A DNA stretch of 64,000 nt from an uncultured Methylomirabilota bacterium. GTDB taxonomy: Bacteria; Methylomirabilota; Methylomirabilia; Methylomirabilales; 2-02-FULL-66-22. A program made the translations under genes and the position numbers. The notes beneath the pieces were generated by a model that saw only the letters and a program-made list of their open reading frames with translations, did not search any database and was not told where the DNA came from. The stretch spans positions 3,008,001-3,072,000 of the forward strand of contig OY970067.1 in assembly GCA_963705305.1 (NCBI GenBank), given 5' to 3'. This document shows positions 28,581 to 38,072 of this stretch, one piece after another (position 1 is the first letter of the stretch; every line of letters starts with the position of its first letter).

Positions 28581-30542
28581 ATGCCTCCGACCCACCACCT
28601 GCCGGCGGACAATCCCGGTTTCCTTGACACCCTGACGTGGGACCATGAGCGGGCCCGAACGCTGGCGCTGCAGGCCCTTCGGGACGGGCGCTTCCGCCGG
28701 CTGGCCCAGGCGCTCTCCTCCGACTCCGGCGGCGCGAAGGCCTCTCTAGAGCGAATCGTCCGGCAGGCCTCGCGGCCCCCCGTGACTCTGTTCCCGGGTT
28801 CGGCCCAGGTGCTGCCGGGAGAGCTCTGGCTGCTGGGCGAGCTGCCGGATGGAGAACAGCTGCTGCTGGCCGTGTCCGCGGGGCAAATCCCCCCCCAGCG
28901 GGGAGGAGGCCTGCGTCCCTTGTGCAGCCTCCGATTTGAAGGCTCGGGCGTGGCGGGCGAGGCGGCCGCGTTCCCGATGGACCTCGTCCATCTGCGGGCC
29001 TTCCTGCGCCGCGTGGCGCCCCAGGTCGCCCCGGTCCCGCCGTCCCGCCCCGGCCTCGGCATCGGCTGCCGGATGGGCGTCCTGGATCTTCCGGTGGCGC
29101 TCCGAACGGTCAGCCGGTTCGATCTCTGCGCCTCGGTCATCCAGAGCTCCGTCTATCGCGAGCTCGCTCCCCTGGAAGAGCTCGCCGGCTTCCCGCCGCC
29201 AGAGATCGAGCTGCCGGGCGTGGGGAAGGTGCCGCTGGGGCATACGGGGCAGTCCATCACCGGCCAATTCCTGGCCATGATGGCGGCACGCCTCAAGCTG
29301 GGAGACCGGACACCCATCGCGGCGGATGCCGATCATCTGCCCCTGCGGGGGATGTCGCCGGAGGGGCGCCGGTTGGCGCGCCGCCTGGTGCGGGAGGCCT
29401 CCGACCGGACGCTCTACACCCTGGACCCGCATTTCTGCCTGTACGGCGGCGACGCCATTCTGGGCGAGGCGTTGTTCCAGGGACGGCAGCCGGAGCTGGA
29501 GACGGCGTTCCGCCGCCGGTTCTCGGCCGGCGAGCAGCGGGAGCTGCTGACCCGATTTGCTGGCCGCCGGTTCCGCGTGCCGGACCCGGCCGGCGGCCGC
29601 GGTCACGAAATCTCATTCGGCCGCGCCGAGGTACAGGATGCCGCCCTGCGGTTTCAAGAGCCGCTGCGGGCGATCGAGGAGGCGTGCGCGGAGATCCGGC
29701 AGGTGAAGGTCGGGGCCCCCTTCGTCGTGGAGGTCTCCATCGACGAGGTGCCGGGCCTCAGCGAGCCGTTTCACTTCTACTACCTGGCGTCGGAGCTTCG
29801 CCGCCGCAGCATTCCCCTGTTCTCCCTGGCGCCGGGCCTGGGTTTCAGCAAGCTGGATGTGGATGTCCGCGACGCCCGGGGAGCGTTCGAGCGCCGGGTG
29901 CGGGTCCTGGCGGGGGTGGCCGCCCACTTCGGCGTCGTCATGGGCATCCACTCGGGAGACGGCAAGAGCGTCCGGACCCGGCGGCTGCTGTCCCGCGCCA
30001 CGGGGGGGAACTTCTGGTATAAGATCTCGCCGGACCGCCAGCGAAATTTCTTCGCGGCCCTGTTCCGGTGCCCGCGAGGGTCGGAGGGGAGGCGCCTGTT
30101 CGACCAGATCTACCGGCTGACCCTCGCCCGGGTGATCCGGCTGGCGCTGTCCGCGGGGGGCGAGACCGAGCGCGTTGCCCGCCAGACGCTGGGGACGGTG
30201 GCCGGAGGGCGAGGCCTCTCGCGGGCGGTGGCGACGCAGCTGATGGGGGCGCTGGGAGGGGAGGAGCGCGGCCGCCCGGCCCGGATCCGCTGCCTGCTGA
30301 CAGACGTACATGCCGCCTCGCCGCGCCAGATCCCGGGCGATCTCGAGGATGGGATCACCCACGACTACGCGTTTACCGCCGTCGGCGAGCGGGATGCCCG
30401 CGGTCGTTTCCTCAATCGCGGCCGATTCTTTCGGCTGTCTCCGGAGGCCCTCCGCATCTACCACCGCCTGGACGCCAGGTATCTCACGGATCTGATCCGC
30501 TCGCTGGGCCTCGACGGAGGGGGCACCGGCGGGGGGGCTTGA
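28581..30542 (+). CDS. Tagaturonate/fructuronate epimerase (UxaE)-like protein, divergent
   Basis: GLGIGCRMG, QSSVYREL, ADADHL, YTLDP, EVSIDE, SLAP, IHSGDGK parallel the UxaE motifs as recalled. Confidence 0.7.
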   Translation: MPPTHHLPADNPGFLDTLTWDHERARTLALQALRDGRFRRLAQALSSDSGGAKASLERIVRQASRPPVTLFPGSAQVLPGELWLLGELPDGEQLLLAVSAGQIPPQRGGGLRPLCSLRFEGSGVAGEAAAFPMDLVHLRAFLRRVAPQVAPVPPSRPGLGIGCRMGVLDLPVALRTVSRFDLCASVIQSSVYRELAPLEELAGFPPPEIELPGVGKVPLGHTGQSITGQFLAMMAARLKLGDRTPIAADADHLPLRGMSPEGRRLARRLVREASDRTLYTLDPHFCLYGGDAILGEALFQGRQPELETAFRRRFSAGEQRELLTRFAGRRFRVPDPAGGRGHEISFGRAEVQDAALRFQEPLRAIEEACAEIRQVKVGAPFVVEVSIDEVPGLSEPFHFYYLASELRRRSIPLFSLAPGLGFSKLDVDVRDARGAFERRVRVLAGVAAHFGVVMGIHSGDGKSVRTRRLLSRATGGNFWYKISPDRQRNFFAALFRCPRGSEGRRLFDQIYRLTLARVIRLALSAGGETERVARQTLGTVAGGRGLSRAVATQLMGALGGEERGRPARIRCLLTDVHAASPRQIPGDLEDGITHDYAFTAVGERDARGRFLNRGRFFRLSPEALRIYHRLDARYLTDLIRSLGLDGGGTGGGA

Positions 30543-30578
30543 AAGGGCCGGACTGCCGATTGGAGGGGCAAGAGGGTC

Positions 30579-31241
30579 ATGGCAACCTTACAGCTGGGAT
30601 TCCTGGCCTCGCACGGCGGCAGCAACATGCAGGCGATCATCGACGCGTGCAAGGCCGGGCGGCTGGATGCGAAGCCCCGCGTTGTGATCAGCAACAACTC
30701 CGAGGCCATGGCCCTGCAGCGGGCCAGGGCCGAGGGCATCCCGCACTACCACATCAGCGCCCTCACCCACCCGGGACCCCGGGAAGACAAAGAGATGCTG
30801 CGCGTCCTGCGAATGCACGGGGTGGATACGGTGATCCTCGCCGGCTACATGAAGATCCTGGGGCCCGTCACCCTGCGGGCCTATGCCGGCCGCATCCTGA
30901 ACATCCATCCGGCGCTGCTCCCCAAATTCGGCGGCAAGGGCATGTACGGAAAGCGCGTGCACGAGGCGGTGCTGGCGGCAGGAGAGAAGGTCACCGGCGT
31001 GACCATCCACCTGGTGGACGAACACTACGACGCCGGTCCGATCGTCAACCAGCGCCAAGTGCCCGTCCTGGAGGGGGACACGGCAGAGACGCTGGCCGCG
31101 CGGGTACTGGTGCAGGAGCACCGCCTGTACGTGGAGACCCTCCAGAAGATCTGCCGCGGCGAGATCGTCCTGCCATCGGGCGCGGCCGGGAATCGGCAGG
31201 GAGAGATGCCGCGCATGCCGGACGGAGACGAGCCAGGATGA
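30579..31241 (+). CDS. purN: Phosphoribosylglycinamide formyltransferase
   Basis: ASHGGSNMQAIID, LAGYMKIL, ILNIHPALLPKFGG, TGVTIHLVDEHYDAGPI, EHRLY. Confidence 0.95.
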   Translation: MATLQLGFLASHGGSNMQAIIDACKAGRLDAKPRVVISNNSEAMALQRARAEGIPHYHISALTHPGPREDKEMLRVLRMHGVDTVILAGYMKILGPVTLRAYAGRILNIHPALLPKFGGKGMYGKRVHEAVLAAGEKVTGVTIHLVDEHYDAGPIVNQRQVPVLEGDTAETLAARVLVQEHRLYVETLQKICRGEIVLPSGAAGNRQGEMPRMPDGDEPG

Positions 31242-31330
31242 GCCAGCCAGAGGTTATAACTCCCGGCAGAGACTCGCGGACAGGCAATTTCGAATTCAAG
31301 GGTCCACCTTCGTTCTGGTGTCCCTGCCCC

Positions 31331-32107
31331 TCACGCCTTGCCGGATCCGGTGTCCCCCTCTCCGATGTCCCAGCGCCTCACCAGCTCGATCGAATCCAGA
31401 TCCAACTCGGACAGCTGAAGCGAGCCTCCGGGCGGGACTGCCCCAGTTCTCCACAGATAGGTCCCCAAGGCCTTCTCGGCCTCGCACGCCCACAGATCCT
31501 CGCCGCCCGCCACTCGACGATGGGTCACCTGCTCGGCCTGGGCCATTGCCTCGGGCAGAATGGCCACCCGCACGGGCTCCTGGTGCCCATCCGGGTGTTC
31601 CACCACGAACGTGCGCGTGCTGCCGGCCGTGGAGTCTTCCTCCGGGTCCGGCCAGAATCGAAACCCGTTCAGTGTCACACGCGACACGAGGGGCTGACCG
31701 GCCGCGCTCTGCGCCGCCTTCGGCTCGGCCGGCTCTTCGCTCCGCCTGGCCGCGGCCGCCCGGACGGCATTCCGGAGAATGTCCGGCGTCGTCGGCTTCC
31801 GTAGGAAATCGGTGGCCCCGAGCTTCATGGCATCGACGGCGAGCTCGATGGATCCGAAGGCGGTCACCATGATAATCCGCGGCGCCGGGTTGCGAGCCTT
31901 CATCTGACGGAGCGTCTCCAGCCCGTCCAGCCCCGGCATGCGTTGGTCCAGCAGCACGACGGTCCACCGGGAGCCATCCCCGAACTGCTTGAGGCCGTCC
32001 TCTCCGTCGGTCGCCTCCGCGACCTGATATCCCGCCCGCTCGAGCGCGAGACGCATTGATCGCCGGATCTCCTCCTCGTCCTCCACGATCAGCACGGATG
32101 TCCTCAT
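31331..32107 (-). CDS. Response regulator (receiver + unrecognised C-terminal domain)
   Basis: MRTSVLIVEDE...LLDQRMPGLDG...VTAFGSIELAVDAMKLGATDFLRKP; overlaps the kinase stop. Confidence 0.88.
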   Translation of the reverse strand: MRTSVLIVEDEEEIRRSMRLALERAGYQVAEATDGEDGLKQFGDGSRWTVVLLDQRMPGLDGLETLRQMKARNPAPRIIMVTAFGSIELAVDAMKLGATDFLRKPTTPDILRNAVRAAAARRSEEPAEPKAAQSAAGQPLVSRVTLNGFRFWPDPEEDSTAGSTRTFVVEHPDGHQEPVRVAILPEAMAQAEQVTHRRVAGGEDLWACEAEKALGTYLWRTGAVPPGGSLQLSELDLDSIELVRRWDIGEGDTGSGKA

Positions 32108-34035
32108 GCCCTGCTCCTTGCTGCCGGGGGATCCCCGTTCCTCAGGGGCGCCCGCGGCACAGTAAAGGTGAAGACGGCCCCCTGCCCCGGATCCGAGTGT
32201 ACGGTGATGTGTCCCCCGTGCGCGTCCACAATCCGCTTGGCAATTGCCAGGCCGAGCCCCGCGCCGCCGCTGGGGCGTCCGGGAACCTGCACGAATCGCT
32301 CGAAAATGTGCGGCAGGTGCGCCGCCGGGATGCCGTGCCCCGTATCCGCGACGGCCACCCCCAGGCGGCCGTCTTCCTGGAACACCCTCACCCGGACCGC
32401 CCCGCCGGATGACGTGGCGCGAAGGGCGTTGGTGAGCAGGTTGATCACCACCCGCTCGATCTGCAGGCGATCGGCCAGGACGGGCGGCAGTCCCGGGGGG
32501 ATCTGCAGGATCAACGCGACACCGTGCTGCTTGGCGCGCGGCCGGATTTCCTCCACCGCGCTCGCGACTGCGTCCTCCAGCGGCATGGGCGCGACCCGAG
32601 GTGCACTCTGGCCGGCGTCCAGCCGGGAGAGGTCCAGCAGATCGTGCGTGAGCCGCTCCAGGCGGGCGCACTCCCGACGACAGGCCTCAAGAAGGTCCCG
32701 CTGCGGCGAGGTAAACGCGGTCGCCTCTTCCAAGAGCAGGAGGAGATTCATCTGAATGCTGGTGAGCGGCGTCCGAAGCTCGTGGGACGCCGTCGCGATG
32801 AACTCGGACTTGAGCCGATCCACTTCGCGCAGGTGCGTCACGTCTTCGAGGAGGCTCACGGCCCCCAGCAGCCGCCCGTCGTCCCCGTGCATGGGGGTGG
32901 TGCGCAGGCGAAACGCGCGCTCGGCCCCATCCACCGCCAGCGGAAGGACGGCGGTGAGGCCCTCGCCGGCCACCGGGCGCTGGGAGCGGAGCGCCTCGGC
33001 CACCGCCAGGGCGAGGTGGCTGTCTCCCGCCACGGCGTCGATGGGCCGTCCGGCGACGGTGGCGGCCGGACCGAACACCTCCTCCGCCGCGGGATTGACC
33101 CGGATGACCGCCCCCTGCGCATCCGTGATGACGACCGGATCATACAGGGAATCGATCGCGGCGGTCGTCATCTGCTGGGCCATAAACACCTTGCCGAGAT
33201 CCGAGCGGCGCACCTCCCGGATCCGCTCCGCCATCCGATTGAAGTCCGCCGCCAGTTGCCCGACCTCGTCCTGCGTCCGGACCTCGGCCGTGGCCTCGAG
33301 ATCTCCGCCGGCGATCCGGGCAGCCGTGGCGCGCAGGAGGCTGAGCGGCCGGACGATCCGGTTGGCGAGCACCAGCGCGGCGAGGAATCCGGCGAGCACC
33401 AGCGCGCCGGCGATTCCCAGCGTGGTGCGGAACCAGCGGTTGGCGACGCCGGTGGCCGCCGCCGCCCTGGCCTCCATGGCGCGCTGGTTGATCTCGAGCA
33501 GGTGCCCGCAATCCTCCCGGAGGTGCCTGGCCGCACCGGCGGGATCCCCCAATTCCCCCTCATGCCCCTTTGAGCCGCCGGAGGGGCGAGAGCTCAGCCT
33601 GGCGAGCCAGGCGTCCACCTGCCGGTAGTACGTGTCCCGGTCCGCCGTGATGGCGGCGACGGTCTCCGCCTCACCCACCTCGGTGATGTTGTTGGCGGCA
33701 TCCACCAGGGCCCGGTCGAACCGGCCGCGCTCTGCAACAAGCTCTTGCCGGGCGGCCGCGTTGCCGAGGCTCATGTCCAGGCGCGCCACTTCCTGGCGCC
33801 CCAGGCTCTCCCGCATGATCTGGGCCGCGACGATCGAATCGTAGTTGTTCGCGAGAATGCTCCGGGCGACTCCTCCCATCTCGCGCAGATGCCAGGCGCT
33901 CCAGGCGCCCAGGAGGACCAGGGCGATCGTGAAGGCCAGGTATCCCAGGAAGAGCTTGGTCCGAATGCCGCGGCCTTGCCACGCGCGCCCCCGGAAGAAC
34001 ATCCGCCGCACGGCGCCCTCCCACCCAGTGTGCAT
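32104..34035 (-). CDS. Sensor histidine kinase (2 TM, HAMP, PAS, HisKA, HATPase; KinB-like)
   Basis: ILANNYDSI periplasmic start, DEVGQLAADFNRM, ASHELRTPLT, NLLTNA, DTGHG, GAGLGL. Start approximate. Confidence 0.92.
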   Translation of the reverse strand: MHTGWEGAVRRMFFRGRAWQGRGIRTKLFLGYLAFTIALVLLGAWSAWHLREMGGVARSILANNYDSIVAAQIMRESLGRQEVARLDMSLGNAAARQELVAERGRFDRALVDAANNITEVGEAETVAAITADRDTYYRQVDAWLARLSSRPSGGSKGHEGELGDPAGAARHLREDCGHLLEINQRAMEARAAAATGVANRWFRTTLGIAGALVLAGFLAALVLANRIVRPLSLLRATAARIAGGDLEATAEVRTQDEVGQLAADFNRMAERIREVRRSDLGKVFMAQQMTTAAIDSLYDPVVITDAQGAVIRVNPAAEEVFGPAATVAGRPIDAVAGDSHLALAVAEALRSQRPVAGEGLTAVLPLAVDGAERAFRLRTTPMHGDDGRLLGAVSLLEDVTHLREVDRLKSEFIATASHELRTPLTSIQMNLLLLLEEATAFTSPQRDLLEACRRECARLERLTHDLLDLSRLDAGQSAPRVAPMPLEDAVASAVEEIRPRAKQHGVALILQIPPGLPPVLADRLQIERVVINLLTNALRATSSGGAVRVRVFQEDGRLGVAVADTGHGIPAAHLPHIFERFVQVPGRPSGGAGLGLAIAKRIVDAHGGHITVHSDPGQGAVFTFTVPRAPLRNGDPPAARSRA

Positions 34036-34039
34036 GTCG

Positions 34040-34798
34040 CTACTCGTCCGCCAGCCGGTACCCCACCCCCTGCTCGGTGAGCAGGTACCGCGGATGGGTC
34101 GGGTCGGGCTCGAGCTTGCGGCGCAGCTGACCCATGTAGACCCGGAGGTATTGCGCCTGCTCTTCGTAGGCGGGCCCCCAGACCTGGGTCAAGAGTTGTC
34201 GCTGTGTGACCACTTTGCCGGCATACTTGATGAGCGTGGACAGGAGGCGGTATTCGATGGGGGTCAGGTGCACCTCCTGCCCGCCGACGGACACCCGGCG
34301 ATGCACGAGATCGATCTGGAGCCCGCCAAGCGCAAAAGGCCCCTCTGGGTCGCGCCCCCGCGAGTCGGTGCGCTGCGCCCGGCGCAGGACCACCCGAATT
34401 CGGGCGAGGAGCTCTCCCACCCCGAAGGGCTTCGTGACGTAGTCATCCGCGCCAGCGTCCAGGGCGGCGATCTTGTCGCGCTCCTGCCCATGCGCGGAGA
34501 GCACCAGGATGGGCATCTCGCTCCACTCCCGCACGCGTCGGATCACGTCCAGCCCGTCCAGATCGGGCAATCCGAGATCCAGGATCAGGAGGTCCGGCTG
34601 GCGCGTCTCCGCCTCCCGCAATCCGTCGGCCCCGGTGGCCGCCTCGATCAACTGGAAGCCGTGGTGCGGCAGCGTCATGCGCAGGAAGCGCCGGATCTGG
34701 GGATCGTCCTCCACGACCAGAACCAGCCCGCCGGATGGTCGCGCGGGGGACTCGGCCGGAGTCGATGGTGTCGCTTGTGGCGACGGCTCAGGCGTCAT
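34040..34798 (-). CDS. kdpE: KDP operon response regulator
   Basis: LILDLGLPDLDG, KIAALDAGADDYVTKPFG, VHLTPIEY, YLRVYMGQLRRKLE. Confidence 0.95.
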   Translation of the reverse strand: MTPEPSPQATPSTPAESPARPSGGLVLVVEDDPQIRRFLRMTLPHHGFQLIEAATGADGLREAETRQPDLLILDLGLPDLDGLDVIRRVREWSEMPILVLSAHGQERDKIAALDAGADDYVTKPFGVGELLARIRVVLRRAQRTDSRGRDPEGPFALGGLQIDLVHRRVSVGGQEVHLTPIEYRLLSTLIKYAGKVVTQRQLLTQVWGPAYEEQAQYLRVYMGQLRRKLEPDPTHPRYLLTEQGVGYRLADE

Positions 34799-37472
34799 GG
34801 GGCACCTCCGGCGGCGGCTCCGTGGCCGGAAGGGTGAACCGGACCAGCGCCCCTCCACCCGGCCGCGTCGCCGCCCAGATCCGGCCGCCGTGGGCCTCGA
34901 TGACAGCCCGGCAGATGGCCAGACCGAGTCCCACGCCGCGGGTTGGGGCCTCGGGCCGCCCGCGGTAGAATTTCTCGAACACGCGCTCCTCCTCTCCCGC
35001 CGCAAAGCCCGGTCCCTGGTCGGCCACCTCGACTTGGACGGCGTCCCCGACGTGGAGGGCTGCGATCGCAATGGGCGTCCCCGGGGGGGTGTACTTGGCC
35101 GCATTGTCGAGGAGGTTCACGAGCACCTGCTCGATCAGGACCCCGTCGAGCTGTACCAGGGGGAGATCATCGGGCGCGGCCACATGAACCGGGTGGTGCG
35201 CCAGGCGCCGTTCCAGGCGCGTGAGGGTGGATCCGATGACATCCTCGAGCGGGTGCCATTCCTTCTTGACGGTGACCGCCCCGGACTCCAGGCGCATCAT
35301 GTCCAGGAGATTATTCACGAGGCGCGTGAGCCGCTCCATCTCCTCGTAAACGGACTGGAGCAGCTCCCGCCAGGTCGCCGGATCCAGGGGGTCCTTCTCC
35401 TCGAGCAGGGTGCTGACGGTGCCCATCATCGAGGTGAGGGGGGTGCGGAGGTCGTGGGAGACGGACGAGAGCAGGGAATTGCGAAGCCGCTCGTTCTCCG
35501 CCCGGAGCTGGGATTGCTGGGCCTCCACGGCGACCTGGGCGCGCTCGTAGGCGACCGCCGCCTGATTGGCAAAGGCCTCCAGCAGGTGGAGCTGCTCCGG
35601 CACCTGGAACGCATCGGGATCCCCCGAACGAACGGCCAGCACGCCGGCGCTTCCACGGGAGGTCCGGAGGGGGACAAACAGCGCCGTGGCGGCCGGCAGG
35701 GTGCCGGTCCCCCGCCCAGCCATCTGCCCGTTCTGGAGCGCCCACTGGCACGCACCCAGCTCGGTGGTGTTCTGCAGAAACTCCGCATCCTGGCCGATCT
35801 GCCGCAGTGTCTCCCCCCGCCCGTCGGGCAGGATAAAGACCGCGGCCCCCCGGAAAACCTCCCCGATGTGCCGCACCGCTGCGCGGAGGACTTCGACCGG
35901 GCCCCGAATGCTGGCCAGCTCGCGGCTCATGGCGTACAGGGCCGCCGTCCGTCGCTCGCGGATCCGGGCCGCGGCGGCCTGGGCCCGCATGCGGCTGGTG
36001 AGGTTGCTGATCACCACCGCCACGACCAGCATCACCGCGAAGGTGACCAGGTACTGTGTGTCCGAGACGGCAAAGCTATAGTAGGGCGTGACGAAGAAGA
36101 AGTCGAAACTCCCGACGCTAAGGACCGAGGCGAGGATCGCGGGCCCGAGGGGAGCCCGGGACGCCACGACCACCACGCCCAGGAGGTAGGCCATGACGAT
36201 ATTGTCACGCTCGAAGTACGGGAACATCGCCCACCCCAACGCTGTGCAGGCACTGACCACGCCCATCGCGATCGCATAGTCCCGCCACGGGGGACGCCGG
36301 GGCTGGACCGGACGGGAGCCCCCCGCGGCGGCCCCTTCGCCGCTGATGACCGAGATGTCGATCTCGCCGCTGCCGCGGATAAGCGTGTCGGCAATGGAGC
36401 CGGTGATGAGGCGCCGCCAGACCGGCTGCTTGGGTTTGCCGATCACGATCCGTGTGACGTTCCGCTCGCGGGCATAGGCGAGCAACTCCTCACCGATGCT
36501 GGTCCCGGTCAACATGACCGTTTCCGCGCCCAGCTGCTCGGCCAGGCGGAGGGTCTCGGCAAGCCGGGCCCGATCAGCATCGGGGAGGGGAAGCGGGCGG
36601 GCGGTGTCGACGTAGGCGGCAATCCATGGGGCGCGCAGCGCGGTCGCCATCCGCTTGGCCGCCCGCACGACCCGGGGCGAGTCGGGGCTCGGACTCACGG
36701 ACACCAGGAGGCGCTCCGCCACGGGCCATGTCCCCGGCACGGCGTGCTCGCGCATGTAGCCCCGCATCGTGATGTCGACCCGGTCGGCGGTGCGGCGGAG
36801 GGCCAGCTCGCGCAGGGCGATCAGGTTGCCCCGGCGGAAGAAGTTGTGCATCGCCTCCTGCGCGTTGGCCGGGATATAGACCTTCCCCTCCTTCAGCCGC
36901 TCCAGCAGGTCATCCGGCGGCAGGTCGATGAGGGCGACCTCGTTCGCCTCGTCGAGGATTGCATCCGGCACCGTCTCGTGCACCATGACGCCCGTGATCT
37001 TGGCGACCACGTCGGTGAGGCTCTCGAGGTGCTGGATATTCAGCGTGGTGTAAACATCGATCCCGCAATCCAGCACCTCCTGCACATCCTGCCAGCGCTT
37101 GGCGTGGCGCAACCCCGGGGCGTTCGTGTGGGCGAGCTCGTCCACCAGCAGGAGGGCGGGACGCCGGGCCAGCGCGGCGTCCAGATCGAACTCAACCAGG
37201 GTGGTCGCGCGGTACTCCACGTGGAGGGCGGGCAGGCGTTGGAGACCGGCGAGCAAGGCCTCAGTCTCCGCCCGCCCGTGCGTCTCCACCCAGCCAAGGG
37301 CCACGTCGATCTGCTCGGCCTTGCGGGCCTGCGCCGCCTGGAGCATGGCATAGGTCTTGCCGACCCCGGCAGCCGCGCCCAGGAACACCTTCAGCCTCCC
37401 GCGGTGCTGGTGCTGTTCGGTGGCGGTCACCTGGGCCAAGAGCGCATCGGGATCGGGACGGCGATCTTGCAT
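34788..37472 (-). CDS. kdpD: Osmosensitive K+ sensor kinase
   Basis: RPDPDALL, GRLKVFLGAAAGVGKTYAML, VDELAHTN, USP domain, 4 TM, VSHDLRTPL. Confidence 0.97.
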   Translation of the reverse strand: MQDRRPDPDALLAQVTATEQHQHRGRLKVFLGAAAGVGKTYAMLQAAQARKAEQIDVALGWVETHGRAETEALLAGLQRLPALHVEYRATTLVEFDLDAALARRPALLLVDELAHTNAPGLRHAKRWQDVQEVLDCGIDVYTTLNIQHLESLTDVVAKITGVMVHETVPDAILDEANEVALIDLPPDDLLERLKEGKVYIPANAQEAMHNFFRRGNLIALRELALRRTADRVDITMRGYMREHAVPGTWPVAERLLVSVSPSPDSPRVVRAAKRMATALRAPWIAAYVDTARPLPLPDADRARLAETLRLAEQLGAETVMLTGTSIGEELLAYARERNVTRIVIGKPKQPVWRRLITGSIADTLIRGSGEIDISVISGEGAAAGGSRPVQPRRPPWRDYAIAMGVVSACTALGWAMFPYFERDNIVMAYLLGVVVVASRAPLGPAILASVLSVGSFDFFFVTPYYSFAVSDTQYLVTFAVMLVVAVVISNLTSRMRAQAAAARIRERRTAALYAMSRELASIRGPVEVLRAAVRHIGEVFRGAAVFILPDGRGETLRQIGQDAEFLQNTTELGACQWALQNGQMAGRGTGTLPAATALFVPLRTSRGSAGVLAVRSGDPDAFQVPEQLHLLEAFANQAAVAYERAQVAVEAQQSQLRAENERLRNSLLSSVSHDLRTPLTSMMGTVSTLLEEKDPLDPATWRELLQSVYEEMERLTRLVNNLLDMMRLESGAVTVKKEWHPLEDVIGSTLTRLERRLAHHPVHVAAPDDLPLVQLDGVLIEQVLVNLLDNAAKYTPPGTPIAIAALHVGDAVQVEVADQGPGFAAGEEERVFEKFYRGRPEAPTRGVGLGLAICRAVIEAHGGRIWAATRPGGGALVRFTLPATEPPPEVPHDA

Positions 37473-37488
37473 TGAGGGACCGTTAGGA

Positions 37489-38061
37489 TTACTTCGCCTG
37501 ATCGAGCGCCAGGTTCAGCTCGAGCACGTTGACCCGCGGCTCCCCGAGGAACCCGAGCTGGCGCCCTTTCGTATGGGCTGCCACGAGACCGCGAACCGTC
37601 TCTTCGCTCAGGTTCCGGACCTTGGCCACCCGGTGCACTTGGTACAGGGCGGCGGCGGGGGTGATGTCGGGGTCGAGGCCGCTGCCCGATGCCGTGACCA
37701 GGTCCACGGGGACCGTGGCGGTGTTCCCGGGATCCGCAGCCCGGAGGGCCTCGATCCGCGCCTGGACCGCCTTCTGGAGATCGGGATTGGTGGGCCCGAG
37801 GTTCGAGCCGGTGGACGACCCGGCGTTGTCCGGGAAGGGCGTGGTCGCCGACGGCCGCCCCCAGAAGTACTTCGGGTCGTCGAACGGCTGCCCGATCAGC
37901 GCCGACCCCACGGGCTTCCCGTCCTTCAGGATCAGGCTGCCGTTGGCCTGCGATGGGAACAGCAGCTGAGCGATCCCGGTGATCACCGCCGGGTAGATCA
38001 GGCCCGTGAGGACCGTCAGCGCCAGCAGGGAGACGATCGCCGGCCGAAGATGTTTGGACAT
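37489..38061 (-). CDS. kdpC: K+-transporting ATPase subunit C
   Basis: [54 protein letters not shown]. Confidence 0.96.
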   Translation of the reverse strand: MSKHLRPAIVSLLALTVLTGLIYPAVITGIAQLLFPSQANGSLILKDGKPVGSALIGQPFDDPKYFWGRPSATTPFPDNAGSSTGSNLGPTNPDLQKAVQARIEALRAADPGNTATVPVDLVTASGSGLDPDITPAAALYQVHRVAKVRNLSEETVRGLVAAHTKGRQLGFLGEPRVNVLELNLALDQAK

Positions 38062-38072
38062 GGCTGTCCTCC

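Noticed and set aside
34473..37475. Long antisense or alternative-frame ORFs (e.g. 1000 aa at 34473-37475 +, 914 aa at 58885-61629 +, 652 aa at 17551-19509 -)
   Set aside because: Shadow ORFs of high-GC coding strands overlapping clearly identified genes; no motifs.
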